Assembly (NCBI GenBank): GCA_963762585.1
Contig: CAVXLF010000023.1
Span: 219,515 to 283,514 of the forward strand
Reading direction: 5' to 3'
Length of the DNA stretch: 64,000 bases
Origin: an uncultured Verrucomicrobiae bacterium
Lineage (GTDB): Bacteria > Verrucomicrobiota > Verrucomicrobiia > Limisphaerales > UBA11358
Shown here one piece after another: positions 19,524-31,131 of the stretch (positions within the stretch are counted from its first letter, which is position 1; each line of letters begins with the position of its first letter). The notes beneath the pieces were generated by a model. The model searched no databases and was not told the DNA's origin. It worked only from the letters and a program-made list of their open reading frames with translations. The position numbers were made by a program, and so were the translations under genes.

Positions 19524-20888
19524 TTACCGCATCAACTGCTTTTCCAGGTAATGGACGACCTGACGGACGTTGGCGTCCACTTCCATGCGGTCTTTCACCA
19601 GGCGGCAGGCGTGAAGGACGGTGCCGTGATCGCGGCCACCGAAGGCCTCGCCAATGGTATTGAGCGAGCTTTCGGTCATCTGCCGCGACAGATACATGGC
19701 GATCTGGCGCGGGAAGGCGATGTTCTCCGGCCGGCGTTTGCTGGTCATGTCAGCAAGGCGGATATCGAAATGTTCAGCGACCCGTTTCTGGATGACTTCG
19801 ATGCTGATGGAAAGCCGGCCTTCTTCGTGGAGGATCTCGCGCAGCAAGCCTTCGACCACTTCAATCGAGAGCTTCTTGCCGGTGAGCGAGGCGTAGGAGG
19901 CAACGCGGATGAGGGCACCTTCGAGCCGGCGGACATTGGTGCGAATGCGGCTGGCGAGAAAATTCAGGATATCCTCGGGCAGTATGACTCCCATGAGCTG
20001 CGCCTTTTTATTAAGAATGGCGAGGCGCATTTCGATGTCCGGCGGCTGCAAATCGGTGACCAAACCCCATTCGAAGCGGGAAACCAGCCGGTGTTCCAGC
20101 CCCTGAATTTCGCTGGCCGGCCGGTCGCACGTGAGCACGATCTGTTTGTGCGCCTCGTGCAGCGCATTGAACGTGTGGAAAAATTCCTCCTGAATTCGCT
20201 CCTTGCCCGCCAGAAACTGGATGTCATCAATCAACAGCACGTCGGTTTGGCGATATTTCTTGCGAAACCGGGCGAGCTGGTTGTTTTGAATGCCATCAAT
20301 GTATTCGTTCGTGAATTTTTCGGACGAAACATAGGCCACCCGGGCGCCCTTTTTGTTGCTGGCGACGTGCTGGCCAATGGCGTGGAGCAGGTGGGTTTTG
20401 CCGAGCCCGACCCCGCCATAAAGAAAAAGTGGATTGTAGGATTTGCCGGGGGCCTGGGCGACGGCCAGCGCCGCGGCGTAGGCGAAATTATTATTGTTGC
20501 CGACGACGAAGGTTTCGAACGTGTTCTTGGGGTTAAAGGTGATTTCCCCGTTGTGCGACGTTCGCTCGTGGCTGGACTCGGCAGTCCGGTTTGCTTTGAC
20601 CGGTGCCGCTGCGGCGGGAAGGGCCTGGGCATTGCCACCGGCGATGATCTTGAATTTTACCTGCAACTGACGCCCGGCGGCGACGGCCAAGGCATCCTGC
20701 AAGAGGCTGAGATAATTGTCCTTGAGCCAGACTTCGCAGAATTCATTGGCCACCTCCAGGGTGACGTGGTTGGGGTCAACCGCATTGGCCCGCAAGGGAG
20801 CGAACCACATGTTGTAAGTGTCTGCGTTCAACCTGGAACGAAGATGTTCCCGCGCTGAATTCCAAATCTTTTCTGCCGAAAGCTGCAT
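19524..20888 (-). CDS. dnaA: Chromosomal replication initiator
   Basis: YNPLFLYGGVGLGKTHL, IDDIQF, QEEFFHTFN, FGGRDHGTV. Confidence 0.98.
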   Translation of the reverse strand: MQLSAEKIWNSAREHLRSRLNADTYNMWFAPLRANAVDPNHVTLEVANEFCEVWLKDNYLSLLQDALAVAAGRQLQVKFKIIAGGNAQALPAAAAPVKANRTAESSHERTSHNGEITFNPKNTFETFVVGNNNNFAYAAALAVAQAPGKSYNPLFLYGGVGLGKTHLLHAIGQHVASNKKGARVAYVSSEKFTNEYIDGIQNNQLARFRKKYRQTDVLLIDDIQFLAGKERIQEEFFHTFNALHEAHKQIVLTCDRPASEIQGLEHRLVSRFEWGLVTDLQPPDIEMRLAILNKKAQLMGVILPEDILNFLASRIRTNVRRLEGALIRVASYASLTGKKLSIEVVEGLLREILHEEGRLSISIEVIQKRVAEHFDIRLADMTSKRRPENIAFPRQIAMYLSRQMTESSLNTIGEAFGGRDHGTVLHACRLVKDRMEVDANVRQVVHYLEKQLMR

Positions 20889-20922
20889 TTGCGTTTTGTT
20901 CAAAAGCCCGTTTTTCAAGCGT

Positions 20923-21225
20923 TTATTCACCTAGCCCTAAAATTGGCGTTTGACCTTGCCCGCCATGCTCACTCGTGCTGCTTCAAACACATCGTTGCGT
21001 TAAAGCGTTCACGTCCACGCTCTTATTAACCGGAACCTTTGCCCAAACATCAAAGCAACACGCTGATTAACAATATGTTGCAAATTGTAAAAATTAAAAC
21101 CAGGTTCCGTATCTTCTGCAATTACTGAAACGATGCGACCAACTTGTGCTTACGCAAACCTTTTACGCGAATGAGCCGACCGTTTCTAGGACAACATATT
21201 AACATTTATTCGCGAGTTATTCACA
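20923..21225. promoter_or_regulatory. AT-rich region with DnaA-box-like sites
   Basis: TTATTCACA at 21217-21225 (fits TTWTNCACA), TTATTCACC at 20923-20931, other degenerate copies. Confidence 0.5.
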
Positions 21226-21257
21226 TTCACGTTCGGTCCGCTTAAAGCAATCATGGT

Positions 21258-21629
<372 letters not shown>

Positions 21630-21783
21630 TTAGCACCAGGTTTGGTCCTGTAAACAGGAATCTTTATCAGAGCGATTCTCACGCTCCCTGCCGCCAGGAA
21701 TGTCCTCGATTTGCGGCGGATCGAAGCAGTCCCTTATCGGTTGGCGGACTAAAACGAGAAATGCTTATACTTGCGTTTCACTA

Positions 21784-21812
21784 TTGACAGTAATTAGCTA
21801 ACATGATTTACT
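21784..21812 (+). promoter_or_regulatory. Possible sigma70 promoter upstream of ileS
   Basis: TTGACA-17 nt-TTTACT with TG at the extended -10 position. Confidence 0.35.
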
Positions 21813-22076
21813 ATCACAAGGGTGCGATGGCGATTAGCCATTCAGCAACGTTCTTTGAAGGTTTAAACCAGTTTTCGATCCGGGTCTTGGTACGACCCCG
21901 GATTGGAGTTCTTCGTGATCCTACGTACGTACTATCGAAAATTCCCCGGGTCTCTCGGCCACCCCCTGAGCCGTTTGACCCGGTTTTTCTTTTCCACCAT
22001 GCTCCATTGGCCGGTGCTGCGCGTTCGTTGACACCATTTTTCCCGGCTGTTAGCTTCGTTCCTTCTGAAAGTCACA

Positions 22077-24950
22077 ATGGACTATAAAAACACGCTGAAT
22101 CTGCCGCGCACCGATTTTCCCATGAAGGCCGACCTGGTCGCGCGGGAGCCGGAACGGCTCAAAAAGTGGGAAACCGCCGGGCTTTACGAGAAAATCCAGG
22201 CTGACCGCGGCCAGGCCAGGGAAAAATTTGTCCTGCACGACGGCCCGCCATTCGCCAATGGCGACGTCCATATCGGCACCGCGCTGAACAAGATTCTCAA
22301 GGACATCATCGTCAAATACAAGACGCTGCGCGGCTTCAGTGCGCCGTATGTGCCCGGCTGGGATTGCCACGGTCTGCCCATCGAATTCAAGGTTTCCCAG
22401 GAAATGCGCAAGGCCGGCGATACCACCGCCGATGCGGTGACCATTCGGAATGCCTGCGAGGCCTATGCCCGCAAATATATAGACATCCAGCGCGTCCAAT
22501 TCAAACGCCTCGGGGTGCTGGGTGATTGGGATAATCCCTATCTCACGCTCAACAAGGAATACGAAGCCGACGAACTGCGTCTGTTTGCCAGCATCGTCGA
22601 GCAAGGATTTGTGTATCGCGGGAAAAAGCCCGTTTATTGGAGCATTCCGTGCCGTACCGCGCTCGCCGAGGCCGAAGTCGAATATCAAGACCACGTTAGC
22701 CCCAGCATTTATGTGAAATTTCCGGTTATCGGCCAGCCGAACACCTTCGTGCTCATCTGGACGACGACGCCGTGGACATTGCCGGCAAACCTCGCCGTGG
22801 CCTTCAATGAAAAGCTGGAATACGTTCAGGTCGAAATCGGCGGTGAAAAATACATCTTGTATCGTGGTTTATTGCCGGCCGTCGCGGAAAAATGCGGCTG
22901 GAGCGGCTATCAGGAGCAACCTTTTCCCGCCACGAAACTGGCTCAACTACAATATCAGCACCCGTTTATTACCCACCGCACCGGCAAGCTTTATCCGGCC
23001 GGGTTTGTCACCAGCGACACCGGCACCGGCTTCGTCCATATTGCACCGGGACACGGCCTTGAAGATTATGGCCTTGGTTCCTCGGTCGGGCTGCCGATTT
23101 ATTCGCCCGTGGATGATGATGGTAAATTCGCGCAAACGGACGATTTGCCGATCGAACAGCAAATGCCCGCCGAAATGGTCGGCAAATCCATTCTCGAAAA
23201 GCACGGCAAAAGTGACGCCAACGAAGCCGTCTTGCACGAACTGCGTGCCCGCCATGCGCTGCTGCATCAGGAAAATTATCATCACAGCTACCCGCATTGC
23301 TGGCGCAGCAAGACCCCCGTTATCTTTCGAGCGATGGACCAGTGGTTCATCAAGATTGATCATTTGATTTCGGAGGGGCGCGTTACCCGAGCCCCAAATC
23401 AAACCTTCCGCGCGGCCGCGCTTGCTGAAATTGACCGCGTGAAGTGGATTCCCGATTGGGGCGTCAATCGCATCAAAGCCGCGGTTGAATCGCGTCCCGA
23501 CTGGTGCATCTCGCGCCAGCGCACCTGGGGCGTGCCGATCCCGGCGTTTTACGATGCGAATGGCCATGCGATCCTTGACGCCCAAATCGTCCGCCATACC
23601 GCGGATTTGATTGAAAAACATGGGTCAAACGTCTGGTTCGAGAAAACCGCCGCCGAACTGTGGTCGCTTGTGAAACCAAGGGATTGGAAGGGCGCGGATG
23701 CCGCCGCCAAATCCAACGACACGCTGGATGTATGGATTGATTCCGGCAGCTCATCGCGGGCGGTCATTGCACGACGTGAAGAACTCCACTCAAGACCCCA
23801 GAGCCAGGAGCCGAGACCCAATTTCCAGGCCGACATGTACCTGGAAGGCTCAGACCAGCATCGTGGCTGGTTTCAATCCTCGCTGCTGCTGTCGCTCGCG
23901 GGCAATGGCGCGGCGCCGTTCAAGACGGTTCTGACGCATGGCTTCATGGTGGACGCCGACCGCGAAAAAATTTCCAAGAGCAAACAGGCCGCCTACGAAA
24001 AACCGCAAACGGCCGAGGCTTACGTCAAGAAATACGGCGCCGACATCGTGCGGCTCTGGGTTTCGTCGCAGGACTTCCGCAATGACATCATCGTGAGCGA
24101 GGAACGCATCGCCAAGGTGGCCGAGACCTATCGCGTCATCCGCAATGCGTTGCGTTATCAACTTTCGAATCTTTACGATTTCGATCCGGCCAAACACACC
24201 GTGCGCGAGGACGAACTTACCGGCCTTGACCGGTGGATTCTCGGCGAGTTCTCGAAGCTGGAGCAGGAAGTCGTCAAGGCTTACGACGATTACGAATTTC
24301 ACGTTGTCTATCAAAAAGTCAGCCAGTTCATCGCCGTGGAGCTGTCCTCAATTTATCATGACGTCATCAAGGACCGGCTTTACACCGACCCGGCGAATTC
24401 GCCGCGCCGCCGTTCGACGCAAACCGCGCTGCACCGCCTTGTGACCGGCCTGTGCCAGATGCTCGCGCCGGTTCTTTCGTTCACGGCGGATGAAGCCTGG
24501 GAATTTGTGCCGGGGAAGAATGTGAATTCCGTTCATGAATCCGAGTGGCAAGCAAACGCTTTAACACTCGCTGTAAATGAAATCGAAGATTGGAACTTTC
24601 TATTAAAGGCTCGTGAAATCTGGTTGCCAATATTGGAGGTCAGTCGCCGAGATAAAACCATTGGCAAGTCTTTGGATGCAAAAATTCAACCAGCGGCAGA
24701 ACAAATGCCTGAATTGGTAAAAAGCCAAAAACTTCAAGACGTCTTCAAAGAATTATTGAATGTTTCGCAGATCCAGTTTTTGTATTTCAAAGATAATCCT
24801 AATGCGAGTTCTTTGGGTGATAAGGTTGTTCATGCCGACGGCCAGAAATGCGAGCGCTGCTGGCATTGGGAGACGGATGTGGGTTCCAATCCGGAGCATC
24901 CGACGATTTGTGGCCGCTGCGTCGAAGCCGTGAGGCAATTCAAGGCGTGA
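22077..24950 (+). CDS. ileS: Isoleucine-tRNA ligase (type 1, C-terminal zinc finger)
   Basis: [52 protein letters not shown]. Confidence 0.98.
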   Translation: MDYKNTLNLPRTDFPMKADLVAREPERLKKWETAGLYEKIQADRGQAREKFVLHDGPPFANGDVHIGTALNKILKDIIVKYKTLRGFSAPYVPGWDCHGLPIEFKVSQEMRKAGDTTADAVTIRNACEAYARKYIDIQRVQFKRLGVLGDWDNPYLTLNKEYEADELRLFASIVEQGFVYRGKKPVYWSIPCRTALAEAEVEYQDHVSPSIYVKFPVIGQPNTFVLIWTTTPWTLPANLAVAFNEKLEYVQVEIGGEKYILYRGLLPAVAEKCGWSGYQEQPFPATKLAQLQYQHPFITHRTGKLYPAGFVTSDTGTGFVHIAPGHGLEDYGLGSSVGLPIYSPVDDDGKFAQTDDLPIEQQMPAEMVGKSILEKHGKSDANEAVLHELRARHALLHQENYHHSYPHCWRSKTPVIFRAMDQWFIKIDHLISEGRVTRAPNQTFRAAALAEIDRVKWIPDWGVNRIKAAVESRPDWCISRQRTWGVPIPAFYDANGHAILDAQIVRHTADLIEKHGSNVWFEKTAAELWSLVKPRDWKGADAAAKSNDTLDVWIDSGSSSRAVIARREELHSRPQSQEPRPNFQADMYLEGSDQHRGWFQSSLLLSLAGNGAAPFKTVLTHGFMVDADREKISKSKQAAYEKPQTAEAYVKKYGADIVRLWVSSQDFRNDIIVSEERIAKVAETYRVIRNALRYQLSNLYDFDPAKHTVREDELTGLDRWILGEFSKLEQEVVKAYDDYEFHVVYQKVSQFIAVELSSIYHDVIKDRLYTDPANSPRRRSTQTALHRLVTGLCQMLAPVLSFTADEAWEFVPGKNVNSVHESEWQANALTLAVNEIEDWNFLLKAREIWLPILEVSRRDKTIGKSLDAKIQPAAEQMPELVKSQKLQDVFKELLNVSQIQFLYFKDNPNASSLGDKVVHADGQKCERCWHWETDVGSNPEHPTICGRCVEAVRQFKA

Positions 24951-24953
24951 AGT

Positions 24954-25040
24954 TGGTACCGACGGAGGGGGTCGAACCCACACATCCTCACGGATACTAG
25001 ATTTTGAGTCTAGCGCGTCTGCCAATTCCGCCACGTCGGC
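24954..25040 (-). tRNA. tRNA-Leu(CAA)
   Basis: Reverse complement GCCGACGTGGCGGAATTGGCAGACGCG-CTAGA-CTCAAAA-TCTAG, long variable arm, GTTCGA, encoded CCA. Confidence 0.96.
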
Positions 25041-25294
25041 ACGTGGAAACCCAATATATTTCAGCACCGGACGAAGTAAATCAATTTCAACGCGGGATTA
25101 CACGGATTCACCGGACGATTTTCCCCCTCGAATCGGGTCCAGAGGTGATTCAGCAGTTCGTCAGCCCGTTTTTGCGAAGTAAAAACCGATGCTTGGCTGG
25201 TATAAAAAACCCGGGTTCTGGTAAAAAAAAGAAAGTGGTTATTTTGCGGGTGTCGGGGTTATCTTGGGTGTGTGGTGGGGAGAATAGATGATTT

Positions 25295-26614
25295 ATGGCA
25301 GAACCGTTAAGACTGGAGAAATTTTCGTTTGGAGTCGGTGATCGTTTTGCGCATCAGGCCAAGGCACAGCTTCAGGCCTTCATTCTGGCCGCCCAGCAGG
25401 GCGCGGAGGTGGTCCCGGTCTGGAACAAATCCAACCGCGAGCATGTCATCGTCGGCTCCGAGCCGGCCAGCACCCGGGCGGCGGTGACGGCGGCGGTGAC
25501 GGCATTGCGCTGGCAAAAGCCTTATCACGTGGACGCCGACCATATCCGGCTGCAAACCGTGGACCGGTTCATTCCGCATTCGGATTTTTACACGATTGAC
25601 GTGGCGGATTGGATCGGGAAACCCGCCGATGCCGGGGCCGTGGCGGCTTTTATCAAGCGACACGCTGAACTGGTGGGAAGGATTTCGATTCCCGGGATCG
25701 AATCGCCCTTTCAATCCACGCCGGCGGAGGTGGAGCGCGTGGCTGGCAAGTATCTGGCGGCGGTCGGGGAAGCGGGAAAAATTCACCGCCACATCGCCCA
25801 GATAAAAGGCGGGGGGAAATTCATCACCGAGATTTCGATGGACGAGACCGACCATCCGCAAACGCCGGCGGAGCTGCTGATCATCCTGGCGGCCATCGCG
25901 GACGAAAAGATTCCGATCCAGACCATCGCGCCGAAGTTCACCGGCCGCTTCAACAAGGGCGTGGATTATGTGGGAGACGTCGCGCAATTTGAAACGGAGT
26001 TCAATGAAGACCTCGCCGTGATTGCCTTTGTCGTGAAGCAATACGGCCTGCCCGGCACGTTGAAATTAAGCGTGCATTCCGGCAGCGACAAATTTTCCAT
26101 TTATGCGCCGATGCGCCGGGCGCTGACCCGATTTGGGTCGGGCCTGCACCTCAAGACGGCGGGCACGACCTGGCTCGAGGAAGTCATCGGGCTGGCGGAG
26201 GCCGGGGGCGACGGACTGTCGCTGGCCCGGGAAATTTATGCCGGCGCGCTCGAACATGCGGAAGGGCTTTGTGCTTCGTATGCTTCGGTGATTGACATTG
26301 ATTTCAAAAAACTGCCGTCTGCAGAAACAGTCAATGGCTGGAGCGCGAATCAATTTGTCTCGGCGCTGCGCCATGACCCGGGCAATCCGGCCTATAATCC
26401 GCATCTGCGGCAATTGCTCCATGTTGGTTATAAAATTGCCGCCCTGATGGGCGACCGCTACCTTGACGCCTTGGAAAAGCATAAGGACCCGGTGGGAAAA
26501 AACGTGACCGCCAATCTTTACGAACGTCATTTGAAACCCTTGTTTGTGGGCATGAATCAGGCTGCTTCCCGTTCGCCGGCCGCCCCGGTGCGGGGGGCAA
26601 AGCTGCCGCCATGA
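25295..26614 (+). CDS. uxaE: Tagaturonate/fructuronate epimerase family
   Basis: SFGVGDRF, DADH, EISMDET, LSVHSGSDKF, HLKTAGTTWLE; adjacent to uxaC. Confidence 0.85.
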   Translation: MAEPLRLEKFSFGVGDRFAHQAKAQLQAFILAAQQGAEVVPVWNKSNREHVIVGSEPASTRAAVTAAVTALRWQKPYHVDADHIRLQTVDRFIPHSDFYTIDVADWIGKPADAGAVAAFIKRHAELVGRISIPGIESPFQSTPAEVERVAGKYLAAVGEAGKIHRHIAQIKGGGKFITEISMDETDHPQTPAELLIILAAIADEKIPIQTIAPKFTGRFNKGVDYVGDVAQFETEFNEDLAVIAFVVKQYGLPGTLKLSVHSGSDKFSIYAPMRRALTRFGSGLHLKTAGTTWLEEVIGLAEAGGDGLSLAREIYAGALEHAEGLCASYASVIDIDFKKLPSAETVNGWSANQFVSALRHDPGNPAYNPHLRQLLHVGYKIAALMGDRYLDALEKHKDPVGKNVTANLYERHLKPLFVGMNQAASRSPAAPVRGAKLPP

Positions 26615-28083
26615 AATTCATCCACGAGGATTTTCTGCTGCCAACGCGCACGGCCCGGCGCCTCTACCATCAATTTGCCGAAGCCGAGCCGATTCTGGAT
26701 TATCACTGTCATCTTTCGCCGAAGGACATTGCGGAGAACCGCCGGTTCGAAAACCTGTTTGAAATCTGGCTGGAAGGCGACCATTACAAATGGCGGGCAA
26801 TGCGTTCCAACGGCGTGGCCGAACGCTTCTGCACCGGGGACGCCAGTCCCTTTGCCAAATTCCAGGCCTGGGCCGCGACCGTGCCGCACACACTGCGCAA
26901 TCCGCTCTACCATTGGACGCACCTGGAATTGAAGCGCTACTTTGGAATGGATCAGTTGCTTGACAAGGCCAGCGCGGCCCGCATTTGGAAGGAAGCCAAC
27001 GAGCAACTCGCCTCGCCGGAACTCACCGCGCGGGGCATCCTGAAAAAATTCAACGTCAAAACGGTATGCACGACGGATGATCCGGCGGATGATTTACGCC
27101 ACCATAAGGCCATTCGGGACTCCGGTTTGACGACGCGGGTGCTGCCCACCTTTCGCCCCGATCAGGCACTGACGGTGCATCAACCGGCATTATTCAACCG
27201 TTGGATTGGCCGGCTGTCCGCAGCCAGCGACATTGAAATCAGCGGCTTTTCGAAGTTTCTCGATGCCTTGCGTTCCCGTCATGATTATTTCCACGCGCAC
27301 GGTTGCCGCCTTTCCGACCATGGCCTGACCCAATGTTATGCGGATTTTTGCCCGGAAAAGACCGCCGCCCGGATTTTTGCCAGGGCGCAACGAGGGAAAC
27401 CGGCCACACCGGCGGAACGGGCGCAATTTTCCGCATTCCTGATGCTTTTCTTTGGACGACTGGATGCGGAAAAGGGCTGGACCAAGCAGCTTCATCTCGG
27501 GGCCTTGCGCAACAACAACACGCGGCTGCTAAACCAGCTTGGCCCGGACACCGGCTTTGATTCCATCGGCGATTTTCCGCAGGCCGGCGCGCTGGCGGCC
27601 TACCTTGACCGTTTGGACCAGGAAAAGGCGCTGCCCAGGACCATTCTTTATAACAATAACCCGGCGGACAATTACGTTTTTGCTTCGATGCTGGGCAATT
27701 TCCAGGACGGCACGCTGGCGGGCAAAATCCAGCTCGGGTCCGCCTGGTGGTTTCTCGATCAAAAGGAAGGCATTGAGTGGCAGCTCAACGCGCTCTCGAA
27801 TCTCGGCCTGCTTTCGCGCTTTGTCGGCATGGTGACGGATTCCCGCTCGTTCATGTCGTATCCGCGCCACGAATATTTCCGGCGTGTGTTGTGCCATCTG
27901 ATCGGACGCGACGTGGAGAACGGTGAAATTCCAAATGACGATTTGCTGCTCGGGCCGATGATCCGGAACATTTGTTACGCGAACGCAAAACAGTATTTGC
28001 AACTGCCAACGGCTGAAGCCGGCGCGGAAGGCTGGAAACGTCCCGCGGCGCGGATTCACAGCTCGCCCCGCCGGAAAAGCTGA
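26611..28083 (+). CDS. uxaC: Glucuronate isomerase
   Basis: [39 protein letters not shown]. Confidence 0.97.
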   Translation: MKFIHEDFLLPTRTARRLYHQFAEAEPILDYHCHLSPKDIAENRRFENLFEIWLEGDHYKWRAMRSNGVAERFCTGDASPFAKFQAWAATVPHTLRNPLYHWTHLELKRYFGMDQLLDKASAARIWKEANEQLASPELTARGILKKFNVKTVCTTDDPADDLRHHKAIRDSGLTTRVLPTFRPDQALTVHQPALFNRWIGRLSAASDIEISGFSKFLDALRSRHDYFHAHGCRLSDHGLTQCYADFCPEKTAARIFARAQRGKPATPAERAQFSAFLMLFFGRLDAEKGWTKQLHLGALRNNNTRLLNQLGPDTGFDSIGDFPQAGALAAYLDRLDQEKALPRTILYNNNPADNYVFASMLGNFQDGTLAGKIQLGSAWWFLDQKEGIEWQLNALSNLGLLSRFVGMVTDSRSFMSYPRHEYFRRVLCHLIGRDVENGEIPNDDLLLGPMIRNICYANAKQYLQLPTAEAGAEGWKRPAARIHSSPRRKS

Positions 28084-28087
28084 AGCC

Positions 28088-28861
28088 ATGATCGCCAAAC
28101 GAGTCATTCCCTGTCTCGACGTGCATGACGGCAACGTCACGCGCGGCGTCCAGTTCGGCAAGGCCGAGGCGGGCGAACTCCGAAACGTCGGCGACCCCGT
28201 CGCCCTCGCGCTCCGTTACAATGAGCAGGGAGCGGATGAAATGGTTTTTTTCGACATCACCGCCACCGCGCACGGGCGCAAGACGATGGTGGACGTGATT
28301 GAGCGCGCCGCCGACCAATGTTTCATGCCGCTCACCGTTGGCGGCGGCATCCAGTCCGTGGATGACATGTTCACCATGCTCCGCGCCGGGGCGGACAAAA
28401 TCAGCATCAACTCCAGTGCGCTGGCCCGGCCGGAACTCATCCGTGAAGGCGCGGAAAAATTTGGCAGCCAGTGCATCGTGGTTTCGATTGACGCGAAAAA
28501 GGTTGGGCCGGACAAATGGGAGGTCTTTTCGCACGGCGGTCGCAAACCGACCGACCTCGATGCGATTGAATGGGCCAAGCGCGCCGTGGCGCTCGGTTCG
28601 GGCGAGATTGTATTGAACTCCATTGACGCCGACGGCACGAAGGCCGGGTTTGACCTGGTCATCACGCGGCGGGTCAGCGAATCCGTGGGTGTGCCGGTGG
28701 TGGCCAGCGGCGGCGCGGGCACGCTGGAACACATGGCCGAGGTGTTGCTCGAGGGCCGGGCCGACGCCGTCCTCGCCGCGAGCATTTTCCATTTCGGCAC
28801 CTACACCGTCGGCGACGTGAAGAAATATTTGGCGGACAAGAAGATTCCGGTGAGGTTATGA
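28088..28861 (+). CDS. hisF: Imidazole glycerol phosphate synthase cyclase subunit
   Basis: [31 protein letters not shown]. Confidence 0.97.
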   Translation: MIAKRVIPCLDVHDGNVTRGVQFGKAEAGELRNVGDPVALALRYNEQGADEMVFFDITATAHGRKTMVDVIERAADQCFMPLTVGGGIQSVDDMFTMLRAGADKISINSSALARPELIREGAEKFGSQCIVVSIDAKKVGPDKWEVFSHGGRKPTDLDAIEWAKRAVALGSGEIVLNSIDADGTKAGFDLVITRRVSESVGVPVVASGGAGTLEHMAEVLLEGRADAVLAASIFHFGTYTVGDVKKYLADKKIPVRL

Positions 28862-28889
28862 ACGAACCCACTAAACAGTCGAAAAGTGT

Positions 28890-28968
28890 AACCGCCAAGT
28901 CGCCAAGAACGCCAAGCAGGGATTCGGATTTTTTAAAAAATGTGGCGCGCTTCGCGTCCTGGCAGTGG
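28890..28968. repeat. 9-nt periodic array (CGCCAAGnn)x3 with degenerate inverted partner
   Basis: ACCGCCAAGTCGCCAAGAACGCCAAG ... TGGCGCGCTTCGCGTCCTGGCAG between convergent genes. Confidence 0.65.
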
Positions 28969-29008
28969 GGAACGTTCTGTTTGATTGGCCTTGTCGAGAA
29001 AATGCCGG

Positions 29009-30457
29009 CTACTGGCTCAACCGATAATACTTTTGTGTGCCGGAGATGGGATTGGTCACGGTGTATCGGCCGCTGATGACGACCGGTGTTGTCGAATTGG
29101 TGCTCCAGATCGCCGGGGGAGCCAGGTTGGTGGTGAATAGCAAAGTGAACCCGGAGGCCGTGTTCGTCCACGTCAAAATAACATTGGTTCCGGCAGGGGT
29201 TAGGTTCAGTTGCGGCGCTGATCCCAAAGCAAGGCTGAATACGGTGCCATATTCCACATTGAGACCCGGATCGCCGCCATTATACGCCGTTCCATACAGG
29301 GTGTTGCCCGATAAAAGTAATGCGGCATTCGGATGGGCTCCGTCGCTGTTGGTATAAGGAGCGGTGCTGTTGGCGGTGAATGTATACAGGTTCGTAAAGC
29401 CCGTGCCATTGGTGCTGACGGCGAACAGCGTGCCCGAGCCAAACAAGCCTCCGTTATAGGCCGTTCCATACAGGGTGCCGCCGGATACAATCAAACTGCC
29501 CCGCGGATTGGCTCCGTCGCTGTTGGTGGGGGGAGAACCGGCGGTGGCCGTGAAAGTATACAGGTTCGTGAAGCCGGTGCCATTGGTGTTGACGGCGAAC
29601 AATGTGCCCGAGCCAAACCTGCCGCCGGACGGCGCCGTTCCATACAGGGTGCTGCCCGATAAAACCAATCCGGCGTTCGGATTACTGCCGTCGCGGTTGG
29701 TGTACAAAGGAAAACCGGAATTGGCCGGGAAGACGTGCAGGTTCGTAAAACTTGAGCCATCGGTATTGATGGCGAACACCGTGCCATTGCCGCCGGCCGT
29801 TGTCCCATACAATGTTTTGCCCGACAGAATCAATACGCCGGCCGGATCGGAGCCGCTGCTGGCGTTGGTGAAACTAAACAGGTTCGTAAACCCGGTGCCA
29901 TTGATGTTGATGGCGAACACCGTCCCGTTATTCGCGCCGCCGCCATACGCGGTCGTTCCGTAGAGGGTGTTGCTTGATAAAACCAATGCGGCATCCGGAC
30001 CCCCTCCGTCATTGCCGCCGGTAAAGGAGTACAGGTTGGTAAAGCCCGTGCCATTGGTGTTGACGGCGAACACGGTGCCGGCGCCCAAAGCACCGCCGTC
30101 GTAGGCCACTCCATACAGGGTGTTGCTGGACAAAATCAATCCGGCAAACGGCACACTTCCATCGCTGTTGGTATAGTAACCAGGAGGATAGGCCGTAAAA
30201 ATATACTCGTTGGTAAAACCAGATCCGTCGGTGTTGACGGCGAACAAGGTGCCATTCCCGTTATAGCTGCCCGAATTGCCGCCGGCACTCGCCGTTCCAT
30301 AAAGGGTGTTGCCGGATAAAACCAATTCGGAATAGGGAGTGGCTCCGTCGCTGAAGGTAAAACTATGCAGGGTCGTGAAGGTTTGCGCCGTCGTCCTGGC
30401 CGCGGGCAGCAAGGCCAGAACGGCAATCAACGCGGGCACAAGGAACAGTCTTTTCAT
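29009..30457 (-). CDS. Secreted Gloeo_Verruco (GloVer) tandem-repeat protein
   Basis: About 7 repeats of DG.xP...L.LSG.TLYGT...GG..G.GTLF.VNTNGTGFTNL..F; signal peptide; C-terminal YYRL domain. Confidence 0.88.
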   Translation of the reverse strand: MKRLFLVPALIAVLALLPAARTTAQTFTTLHSFTFSDGATPYSELVLSGNTLYGTASAGGNSGSYNGNGTLFAVNTDGSGFTNEYIFTAYPPGYYTNSDGSVPFAGLILSSNTLYGVAYDGGALGAGTVFAVNTNGTGFTNLYSFTGGNDGGGPDAALVLSSNTLYGTTAYGGGANNGTVFAININGTGFTNLFSFTNASSGSDPAGVLILSGKTLYGTTAGGNGTVFAINTDGSSFTNLHVFPANSGFPLYTNRDGSNPNAGLVLSGSTLYGTAPSGGRFGSGTLFAVNTNGTGFTNLYTFTATAGSPPTNSDGANPRGSLIVSGGTLYGTAYNGGLFGSGTLFAVSTNGTGFTNLYTFTANSTAPYTNSDGAHPNAALLLSGNTLYGTAYNGGDPGLNVEYGTVFSLALGSAPQLNLTPAGTNVILTWTNTASGFTLLFTTNLAPPAIWSTNSTTPVVISGRYTVTNPISGTQKYYRLSQ

Positions 30458-30648
30458 GTGAGTTTTCAGGGGGGTGATGCTTTTAATCAGTTGATAATTT
30501 CGAGGAATGCTCAGCGAGCCTGCCCGCTTGAGCCAACGGCGGCGGCTTGACTGTGAAGCAAGCGCACAGCGCAGTCAAGTTATTATATTATTTTGTAAAG
30601 AAGAGATTCTCATTTGACACCACTCGCGGACAAATTCATTTTTGCGCC

Positions 30649-31002
30649 ATGAATCTTACCGAATCCCGCTGGCTGCCGATTGTGCTGCTGACCGGCTCGA
30701 ACATTTTCATGACCGTCGCGTGGTACGGCCATTTGAAATTCAAGAGCAAGCCGCTGCTGCTTGTCATTCTCGTGAGCTGGGGCATCGCGTTTTTTGAATA
30801 CTGTCTTCAAGTGCCGGCCAATCGCTGGGGCAGCGCGGTGTATTCGCCTTTCCAGCTCAAAATCATCCAGGAAATCATCACGCTCACGGTCTTTTGCGTC
30901 TTCGCCTTCCTGTATTTCGGCGAGAAAGTCCGGTGGAACCATCTGGCCGCGTTTGTATGCATCGTGGCGGCGGTGGTGTTCGCCTTTTTGCCGAAGGAAT
31001 AG
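30649..31002 (+). CDS. DMT family small membrane protein
   Basis: SNIFMTVAWYGHLK, SWGIAFFEYCLQVPANR, QLKIIQE. Confidence 0.88.
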   Translation: MNLTESRWLPIVLLTGSNIFMTVAWYGHLKFKSKPLLLVILVSWGIAFFEYCLQVPANRWGSAVYSPFQLKIIQEIITLTVFCVFAFLYFGEKVRWNHLAAFVCIVAAVVFAFLPKE

Positions 31003-31006
31003 ATTT

Positions 31007-31096
31007 GGTTGAGGGTCGAAGGACGGGAGTCGGGAGCAGAACCATTCCGCGAGATGGCTGAACCCGGCTTTCGACCCGCGTCCTTCGACTCTCGAC
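31007..31096. repeat. Inverted pair of 7-nt periodic arrays
   Basis: GGTTGAG GGTCGAA GGACGGG AGTCGGG ... CTTTCGA CCCGCGT CCTTCGA CTCTCGA. Confidence 0.7.
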
Positions 31097-31131
31097 AAGC
31101 TCATTTCGTTTTGTTTAATTGGCCGCTCTGA

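Noticed and set aside
29009-30457. Strong nucleotide-level repeats
   Set aside because: Fully explained by GloVer protein repeats
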